DNA of 64,000 nucleotides from Salisapilia sapeloensis CBS 127946 (Eukaryota; Protista; Oomycota). Shown here one piece after another: positions 56,358 to 64,000 of this stretch (positions are counted from its first letter, which is position 1; the number at the start of each line of letters is the position of its first letter). The stretch is taken from NCBI GenBank assembly GCA_023334545.1, contig JAADVB010000055.1, forward strand, positions 1 to 64,000. The letters run 5' to 3'. A program made the translations under genes and the position numbers. The notes under the pieces were generated by a model. The model ran no database searches. It saw only the letters and a list, made by a program, of their open reading frames with translations, and was not told the origin of the DNA.

Positions 56358-56396
56358 TTTCATGAAAACAAAAAGTGTTGTGTACACGAAGGGTGT

Positions 56397-57431
56397 TTAT
56401 TCCTGCTTTCTCTTCTTCTTACTTGGCTCCTTGGACGCTAGTTTCTTCGCTAATGACTTCTTCGCTTCCTCTCCCTTGTGCCAATACGTCCCGTCCTGCT
56501 TCCGGAAACTCTGTTTCGGACCGGCGCCTGCCGTGTCCAGGTCGATGAGGACCATGCGATCTCCTATACGCATCCCGCTCTTCTTCACGGCATTCCGAGC
56601 GCTCTTTTCGTCTGCAAACTCGACGTAGCCAAAGCCTTTCAGTTTCTTCGTGTGGTTCCACATCGGCAAACGAACGCTCACGATGCTGCCACAAGGCTCG
56701 AGCGCTTTCTGAATATCCTGTTCCTCGATATCGTACGGAAGCTGCTTAATGAAGACTGTGCGGATGTTGCGTGTGTTCTTCTGACCTAGGTTGGCTCGCG
56801 CGCGTTGGGACTGTTCAACTACGCGAGGCGTCTGGGCTTTCCGGATGGTCAGATATCGCTTCAGTAGGTACTTGCCATCGAGCTGTAGTGCCTTTTCGAC
56901 CGATTTCGGTGAATCAAAGCTAATGTGCGCGTAGCCACGGGGCTTACCAGAGTCCTGGTAACGAGGAAAGCGAACTTCCTTCACGGTGCCGCACTGGGAA
57001 AAGTGTGTGACCAGATCACTTTCATCAGCGTCGTAAGAGATACCTTCGACGTAGACGGTGGCCTCAGTCTTGGCTTTGGCCTCCTCCTCTTCTACATTAT
57101 CGGCATTGGCGTCCGTCCCGCCCTCGTCTTCATCCTCCGAAGAGCTTTCTTCCTCCTCTGTTGGCTTTTGCTCGTCTTCACTACTGGACGATTCTTCCTC
57201 CTTGTCATTGACTTCGCTAGCAGTAGGCTTGAAAAGCGTTTTTTCGGTCTCATCGTCGTCACTGTCACTGTCACTGTCAGAGGATGAGGAGCCATCTCCA
57301 CCCGAGTTGCTACTGCTTTCAGCTATTTTCACATCCGTCGTGTCGCGAGCACGCTTTTTTCCCTTCTTGGCAGCATTGGTGGAGTTTTTAGCGGACGCAT
57401 TGGAACCTTTGGTTGCAGTAGGCTTGGCCAT
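56397..57431 (-). CDS. Nucleolin/NSR1-like protein (acidic Ser tracts + 2 RRM)
   Basis: RNP2/RNP1 motifs VYVEGI/PRGYAHISF and VFIKQL/LKGFGYVEF. N-terminal SSSDSDSD tracts and basic C-terminus. Confidence 0.88.
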   Translation of the reverse strand: MAKPTATKGSNASAKNSTNAAKKGKKRARDTTDVKIAESSSNSGGDGSSSSDSDSDSDDDETEKTLFKPTASEVNDKEEESSSSEDEQKPTEEEESSSEDEDEGGTDANADNVEEEEAKAKTEATVYVEGISYDADESDLVTHFSQCGTVKEVRFPRYQDSGKPRGYAHISFDSPKSVEKALQLDGKYLLKRYLTIRKAQTPRVVEQSQRARANLGQKNTRNIRTVFIKQLPYDIEEQDIQKALEPCGSIVSVRLPMWNHTKKLKGFGYVEFADEKSARNAVKKSGMRIGDRMVLIDLDTAGAGPKQSFRKQDGTYWHKGEEAKKSLAKKLASKEPSKKKRKQE

Positions 57432-57919
57432 GGCTTCGTCCGAGTGTCTGAGCTGGTCGTGTCCAGAGCCAACGGTCATACATGCCAAAAACGGTAATTC
57501 TACTAGCATGTAAGACAAATAGAGATTCATTCATAAAATTATAGACAAAAGCGGAAGTTATACAATTGATACTTTAATTTGGATTAGAAGGGTGGCCAAA
57601 GCAAGGCACTCGAAGTATGCAAGTCCAAATGCTCATGGAAAAATACAGAGAATGGCTTGCCTTGAAGAGGCTGTCGATCTAGTCTAAAACATCACTTGTG
57701 GAGCATCTACAGTTGTCTGGACTGCTAGTAAAGACACAGTTCTTGGCATTCGTTGAGTCATGCTTGCAGGCGGATTGGGCATGGGAACAGATACATTTTA
57801 GATGGCCAATCTGTCAAATCATTGTTTCTGATTACAAGAGTAGGACAACAGATGTCCTGTCACGCACGATACTTAGGCATGGAGGAGCTACTTCCATTAC
57901 GATTTGATCTACCGAAGGA

Positions 57920-59293
57920 ATGAAAGGTCCAGGAGACACTTCGATGTCTTATACGGACGTCACGAGACGTGTGGTTAGTGCTCTTGCAGGGTTTTCCATC
58001 TACTTTTGTGTAGGGTCAGTGGATGCAGTCTCTGCCTGGAATGCGCAACTCAAGACGGAGCTAGGGTATTCGCATGGGGAAATGCAGCTCGTCCTCTCGC
58101 TTGCTGTATTTGGTGCTTTGTTTGGAGTACCACCAGGATATGTGCACGACCGACTTGGTTCTCATAAGAGCGCCTTCATCGGTGCCACGATGCTCGGAGC
58201 CATCTACTTTGGACTCGCGTACGGTATCCAGCATTATCCACAGTACATGTCATCCTACGTGGTCGGCGTCTTGCTTGCAATGGCGGGACAAGTAGCCCAT
58301 CTAGGCATTTTCGCAGCTCTAGTGACCAATGAAGGCTTGTTCGGACCGGCGCATCGAGGAAAGATCATCTCGTTCGGCCTGGCATCTGACAGCGCTGGTG
58401 CAGCATCCTTCGCTGTCATCTACTCTACTTACTATGATGCAAACCTCGTTGGCTACTTTTACTTTTTATGCATCCTGTTCGCAGCTACGTACGCCTTTGC
58501 ATGGCTTACTCTTTATCCTCATGCCACGAAGGGGAATGGGCATGAACGGGAGGAAGCTTTGCTGGCACCGCCGGAAGAGTCGCAGCTTCTCCCGGATGTG
58601 TCAAAGGCGGAAGCGTCAGGAGGCAACGAGTATCCAGAGTCAGCAGTTCCAGTGGAGGAAGAGATTACCGGAATGGAGCTGCTACGAGACACTCGCTTTT
58701 GGTTTTTATTCATCATCATGTTCATCATGGATGGAGCAGCAAAATTCATTATCTCCAACATCTCTTTTGTCACAGAGTCCATTGGAGGTCCCATGGACCA
58801 AGTGCCGAAGATGGTGGCGCTCTACTCCATCACTAGCTGTGCGGCGAAGCTGGTTACTGGGGCGCTCTCAGACTACTTTTTGGATCATATTCCTCGTGTT
58901 CATTTCATGTCACTGTCAAGCGTCTTGATGATGTTTACCTTTGTGCTCTTCCTGGTACTACCGCCGAGTGCCGTGGTGGTACCCGTGACGCTTTGTGGTG
59001 TCTCCATTGGCGTCTTATTCGCAAGTTTTCCGGTCATCACGAGAGAAGTATTCGGTATCCGGCACTTGGGGTTCAACTTTGGTGTCTTGAGCTTGGCCTG
59101 TGCGCTTGGCTACCCGCTCGCCTTTAGCCCCATCTCATCCTTCGTGTACAACTATGCTAGTCAGGAAGCGGGCAAGTGTCTTGGGTACATGTGTTTCGCG
59201 CCTACGTTCGCCGTAGCGTTCGTGGCGGGAGGCTTTTCACTCTTCTACTGCATCCGCTTTGCCCAGCGTCAGTCCTATAAGCAGCTCCAGTGA
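57920..59293 (+). CDS. MFS transporter, nodulin-like/Mch1 family (paralog 2)
   Basis: PGYVHDRLG, GALSDYF, FGIRHLGFNFG and CLGYMCF. Confidence 0.88.
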   Translation: MKGPGDTSMSYTDVTRRVVSALAGFSIYFCVGSVDAVSAWNAQLKTELGYSHGEMQLVLSLAVFGALFGVPPGYVHDRLGSHKSAFIGATMLGAIYFGLAYGIQHYPQYMSSYVVGVLLAMAGQVAHLGIFAALVTNEGLFGPAHRGKIISFGLASDSAGAASFAVIYSTYYDANLVGYFYFLCILFAATYAFAWLTLYPHATKGNGHEREEALLAPPEESQLLPDVSKAEASGGNEYPESAVPVEEEITGMELLRDTRFWFLFIIMFIMDGAAKFIISNISFVTESIGGPMDQVPKMVALYSITSCAAKLVTGALSDYFLDHIPRVHFMSLSSVLMMFTFVLFLVLPPSAVVVPVTLCGVSIGVLFASFPVITREVFGIRHLGFNFGVLSLACALGYPLAFSPISSFVYNYASQEAGKCLGYMCFAPTFAVAFVAGGFSLFYCIRFAQRQSYKQLQ

Positions 59294-59407
59294 GATACTT
59301 TGGATAGTCGGAAGATCCGAAATGGCTACAAAAGGATACCGTTCAAATGGCTAATTTCAAAAATACTGAAACTTTGAATTGCATTCTCGTACAAGTATAA
59401 TTGAATC

Positions 59408-60766
59408 ATGACCATCTCGGCGGTCCGTCGAGCTGCCAGCCTCACGACTGGAGTGTTCATCATGGTCGGCGTAGGATCTATTTACGGCATTTCGGCTTGG
59501 AATGCAGACCTCAAGGAGCTGCTGCAGTGCTCACAAGCCGGCATTTCGACGGTGTCGTCAATGGCGCTCTTTGGCACGTACCTCTCCTGGGGTCCAGGCG
59601 TCGTCTTCGACATGTTGGGGACGTCCAGAAGCGTTGTCATCGCGGCAGTCGGCCTATTCGCATTGCATGCACTGCTCTACCTGCTCTTGGCATACACTCC
59701 TGAGAGCGTGGGTGCCTGGACTGTTGGCTGGTGCCTGTTTGGCGTGGGGCAAGTGGGAGCATTCTGCATCTTTTCCTCCATCGTCTCAAATGAAAGTCTG
59801 TTCGGTGCTTCGAGTCGAGGAAAAGTGATGGCTGTATTGACTTCCTCCTATAGTTGCGGAGGGGCCGTCTTTGCTTTTATCTACCACCATGCTTTTAATG
59901 ATGACGTTCCTGACTACTTTTTATTCCTCGGACTCTATCTATTCGTAGTTTGCTTGCTCGGCTGGTTTGTCTTTATACAAGGGAAAAGCATTGAGGGCAA
60001 ATATGACAGCGGAATGGAAGTGGTGGCCGCGAATACAGAAGCTGGAGATGCCGTTGATGAAGGCAGATGGGAAGATGAAGTACCTGACATGACGGGCCTA
60101 GACTTGCTGAAAGACGAGAGGTTTTGGCTTTTGTTTGTACCTGTCCTAGTCGTCATAGGCGCTGGGCTGCTTGTAATGTCGACGCTGTCCTTCATCGTCG
60201 AGTCCCTGGAAGGTCCGATGGAGCAGGTTCCGACGATGGTGGCCATTTTCTCCATTTGCAACACTGTCACGAGACTGGCAACTGGAGCCATTTCCGACCA
60301 TCTAATTGATCGCTATCCGAGAGGTTACTGTGCGGCTGCTGCCTCCATCAGCACGCTCTTGACCCAGATTGTCTTTCTGACAATCCCGTCAAATGCACTC
60401 ATGGTACCTGTCGCCCTTGCAGGCGTATCGGAGGGAGTGATGTTTGCAACGTTCCCTGTTGTTATACGTGAAACCTTTGGCTTGCGCCATTTTGGTAAAA
60501 ACTATGGCATCATCAGCCTAGCGAACTGCATCGGGTACCCACTATTCCTCAGCCCCCTGTCGTCGCTCGTGTATGAGTTAGCGGCCACAAATATGGAAGA
60601 TGGTACAGACAAGTGTATTGGGAGTCACTGCTTTCGACCGATCTTTCTACTAGTAATTGTACTTAGCGCCATCTCTTTCATGTCTTGCATGCGATTGATC
60701 CGACTTCAACGTCGAGCCACGTATCAACCGATTTCGGAGAAACTTAGGCAAGGCATAGAGCTTTAG
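59408..60766 (+). CDS. MFS transporter, nodulin-like/Mch1 family (paralog 3)
   Basis: PGVVFDMLG, GAISDHL, FGLRHFGKNYG and CIGSHCF. Confidence 0.88.
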   Translation: MTISAVRRAASLTTGVFIMVGVGSIYGISAWNADLKELLQCSQAGISTVSSMALFGTYLSWGPGVVFDMLGTSRSVVIAAVGLFALHALLYLLLAYTPESVGAWTVGWCLFGVGQVGAFCIFSSIVSNESLFGASSRGKVMAVLTSSYSCGGAVFAFIYHHAFNDDVPDYFLFLGLYLFVVCLLGWFVFIQGKSIEGKYDSGMEVVAANTEAGDAVDEGRWEDEVPDMTGLDLLKDERFWLLFVPVLVVIGAGLLVMSTLSFIVESLEGPMEQVPTMVAIFSICNTVTRLATGAISDHLIDRYPRGYCAAAASISTLLTQIVFLTIPSNALMVPVALAGVSEGVMFATFPVVIRETFGLRHFGKNYGIISLANCIGYPLFLSPLSSLVYELAATNMEDGTDKCIGSHCFRPIFLLVIVLSAISFMSCMRLIRLQRRATYQPISEKLRQGIEL

Positions 60767-61291
60767 GTTGTAGTAGTCTCTGAATCCTGGGCTACATCCG
60801 CGTAAATCAATTGAACGAGGACGCGAGGAATGAGCGATGCAAGTGCCGAAAAATACGGACAAAAATCCACGCGTAGCTTTGGCACGAATTCTTTCTGTTG
60901 CTAGTGTCCCACTACGATCCTATGATGGCGAGGATAGACACTTTTTGCTGCGTCTTGAGTGTATAGTGCAGTCTAGTGCACACCAGTGCCGGATGTGATT
61001 CGTGAATGGCAGAAGAAACCAAAAGTAGAATTTTATACGCGAATGTACCCGACTAGACCATGCACCATCGCAACGTGTCGATATAGTACTTGTATTTTCT
61101 AAGAAAGGCGATGGTTGGTTTTATTCTTGCGGTTACGTTCTAGATGCGCTCTACTGTCCTTTCGGTAGTTTGAACTTGGCGTCTTTGGGATCGAGAGATG
61201 GCGGACTCCCCATCTTGGCACGTAACCATCGCACGCACAAACTCATTTTGGCTTTTGGCAGAGCAAATATCCACCTACCAGTCTGTTCGTG

Positions 61292-62527
61292 ATGAAGTGG
61301 TCAGCATGCTCGCTACTTATAATCATCTTCTCTTTCCGTACATGGACTTCCGTTGCTGGTACGATGCACTATGTAAACGCTAGCACGCATTTGACTTATA
61401 CTCGCTTCTTGTTTCTAGATCGCATCACTTCCGAAGTTACTTATTGCTGGAGCGTTAATGCTTCTCCTAGCAAAGAAGCTGTGCGTCCAAAAGACGTATC
61501 TGCTCAAGGCGAAGGAGATAGCTGCCCTCTTTACTTGCAATTGTCGACAAGTGACCTTTCATTTACAGAAGACGAGTCGATGATGGTCACTTGGTCGGCT
61601 ATTCCTAACCAGAGTGAAGAGGACAAAATTTTCTCACTCGACCAAGTGGCCATGACGAATAGCCCGGACAAGGACTTGAGCGATAACGTAATTCGCTCCC
61701 AAGTACATCTCTGTGCTAGCGACACTGACTGCAGCATCCTCAACCAAGACTTGCTATCATTTCCTTCTACTGTGAATGTCCATAGAAACCTCACACAGAC
61801 CGGTAATGGAAACTACGATACAGAGAAGTTTGGACCTCATGAACTCGCATTAAAGACTTCTGGAAAGTTTAAGGTCATGGCTCATTTGGTTCTAGCAGCA
61901 AAAGATTCCAATCTTAGATATGAAATCGCATCGTACTTGCACATAGCAGTGGACGGATCAAAAGACACAAGTACAGAGCATTCTGAAGGTAACGAGCTGC
62001 TGTACTTCAATTTAATCGTTCTTGGTACTCTTGCCGTCGTGATCGTCATGGGAACTGTGTGCTTTACGCTTTTCGTTCACAAGGAGCAGAAAGAGTCTCC
62101 GGACCAGCTTTTGGAGCTCGGTCCAGGAAAACACAGCGATGGTGCAAGTTGCGGTGAATATCGCCAGAGCAACTTGTCGCCAATCCCTCGACGGAAATCG
62201 CACTGGACAGACCTGTACGCAACGCAAGATGCGTTGCCGGCGTCCATTCTAGATGATAGTAACAACACTCGCGCGATCTTGAGGGATAGCCGAGTGTCCT
62301 CTCCGACAGAGTCTCCAGAGTTGGCGACAATAGAATTCCACCAAACGGTCACCTACTGGGATGTGCAGCCGAACACACCTCCGCAAGCGCCTAACTCGGA
62401 CGACTCGAACTTGTTGACGCTTCACGAAAGTCCGCCAGGAGCGTTCCCAGGACACAACACGATGATCCCGTTGTCTCGTCCAAGCGTCCGGTCGTTGACA
62501 GGCAGCAGGGAGGAAACTAGTGCATGA
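61292..62527 (+). CDS. Type I single-pass membrane protein, paralog B
   Basis: Signal peptide; probable 60-nt in-frame intron at 61359-61418; ectodomain alignable by eye to 54636-56357; TM LLYFNLIVLGTLAVVIVMGTVCFTLFV. Confidence 0.75.
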   Translation: MKWSACSLLIIIFSFRTWTSVAGTMHYVNASTHLTYTRFLFLDRITSEVTYCWSVNASPSKEAVRPKDVSAQGEGDSCPLYLQLSTSDLSFTEDESMMVTWSAIPNQSEEDKIFSLDQVAMTNSPDKDLSDNVIRSQVHLCASDTDCSILNQDLLSFPSTVNVHRNLTQTGNGNYDTEKFGPHELALKTSGKFKVMAHLVLAAKDSNLRYEIASYLHIAVDGSKDTSTEHSEGNELLYFNLIVLGTLAVVIVMGTVCFTLFVHKEQKESPDQLLELGPGKHSDGASCGEYRQSNLSPIPRRKSHWTDLYATQDALPASILDDSNNTRAILRDSRVSSPTESPELATIEFHQTVTYWDVQPNTPPQAPNSDDSNLLTLHESPPGAFPGHNTMIPLSRPSVRSLTGSREETSA

Positions 62528-62660
62528 TATATCGATGGAGTTGTTTATAATTGACTACGAAGACGCGAGTAGAATAGACGGACAAACAAGTGTAAAGATT
62601 TCACCGCAACGTCACTTTTTGTTTGTCTTACGAATAGCCTTTCGTGAAAGGCTTTTTCAT

Positions 62661-63714
62661 TCACAACGTGTAATGCACGAAGACTGCGATGGCAGCAAAG
62701 CTGAGCACGACGTGGGCCAGGGCGTTATGGTTGAAGTGGTTCTTGGATGGGATCACAACGAGCGCTTGGATGAGCGCGCTGGAGAACTTGAGTCCGTACA
62801 CCAGGAGCTCGTTCATGGACGGGCCCCACTGCCAGTCGAAGGCGTAGAGACTGAGGCCCACGCCAAAGACCATGGCTGGCAAGTAGCCGAGGAACAAGAA
62901 GAAGACGTGCATGCTGAGACTAGCCCAGATGGCTAGGACAATGTACAGAGCAGCAGCAGAGGCAATGAGTCCCGTCGCCCACGTCGCACTCAAGTATCGA
63001 CTGGCAGCAAGAGCCAGCAGGCCAAAGTTGGCGAGAATGGAGGAGCCAAGGACGACTCGCCATGTCACTTCGATGACCCTGTCGATTCCTCTGCGACTGA
63101 GCTGGACGCCAAAGAAGCGAGCAGTTCTGTCCACAAAGTTCTGGGAGCTGCTCGCATTCGCAAAGGCTTTCATCCCTTTGAAGGCTGCATGGTGCAGCAC
63201 GGCGCCAAATCCAGCGCTCATACCGAGGCCAGTGAAGTAGATCATGTACCACCAGATATCCGAGTCTTCTGGCTGGTGATACAGGAGCACGTAGGCTCCG
63301 CAGGCGAATGCCTGAGCTGCTAAGACGTAGTCCGTGATGAAGCACGCCGGCTGCGCATCCCACTCCTCACCTGTTAGCCAAATGAAAGGTTATGCACATG
63401 CTTAAAACATAGAAATGTAGATTGCACGCACCAGTGGAGTCTTTGTACGACCAGAGAGACCAGGTGTCGGTGTCTGCCATGGCGGCGGCATCACTAAACG
63501 AATTGCTCAGGTCCTTAGCAGACTGCCTGGCTGCAGACGCTCGCTTCGTGAGCCCTTGGCGTATATTGTTAGCGTCGGATACTTGGGCCGTCATCGGTTC
63601 GCACAGCTTTCGTTCTATTTCTGTGGTTCTCTCGTACTTGTCAACTTCCAATTCGTTCTGGACGCCGCACGAAGCAGTCGCGATGGAACCTAGCTCCGGT
63701 TTTAGGCCAATCAA
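62661..63714 (-). CDS. Multi-TM protein with conserved His motifs (CREST-like/DUF6962-like); 5' exons lie further upstream, possibly outside the window
   Basis: Intron 63431-63373 joins ..DSTG|EEWDAQPACFITDYVLA. Then GFGAVLHH and HFNHNALAHVV. Confidence 0.6.
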
Positions 63715-64000
63715 ATCACAGCTGACGCTGATGGATTACTTGACTCATGGCAACTTGGCACGTTTTAACGAGGGTTCTGTCGGTTGCAACCACTATTATA
63801 TAATAATTCTAGATGAAAATGCGACCAAGGTCGAAAAAACTATTTTATTTATAGCCGTGGGAGCTGCCTACATTCGTTGCAAGTGCTTAGTATGCTCTTT
63901 GGCGGCAAGTTGACACTGCAACAGACACATGGAGGTAAAGCAGCATGGCTGAAGGAAAAGGAGCCTAGGCAGCATACCTTGGCGGAAAAGTCCGAAGTCT

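Noticed and set aside
55606-56628. 340-aa Arg/Thr-rich + strand ORF overlapping receptor A and the NSR1-like gene
   Set aside because: Alternative frame of the receptor A tail running into the antisense of a real gene; composition is typical of an off-frame read.

Overview
Eukaryotic, extremely gene-dense window of about 30 protein-coding genes. It has short (about 50-70 nt) spliceosomal introns, very small intergenic gaps and no recognisable transposon, rRNA, tRNA or CRISPR array. Gene content (giant single-exon ARM-repeat protein, nodulin-like MFS array, MORN/radial-spoke-like gene, intron-containing kdsA) suggests an oomycete-like stramenopile; this is inference. Many genes are spliced, so the ORF track fragments or misses them; I rebuilt exon chains by hand from GT/AG sites and reading-frame continuity. 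The most notable items are: (1) an uninterrupted TatD nuclease-RNA 3'-terminal phosphate cyclase (RtcA) fusion; (2) a 10-exon ACBP-2TM-PRELI/MSF1 lipid-handling fusion with 17- and 14-nt micro-exons; (3) an intron-bearing, metal-dependent-type KDO8P synthase with a KANRQ variant motif; (4) a small secreted animal-style LRRNT+LRR protein absent from the ORF track; (5) a Rad60/Esc2-like protein with three SUMO-like domains; and (6) an interleaved cluster of three MFS paralogs and two paralogous type-I membrane proteins. All family assignments come from motif recognition by eye; no database searches were run.
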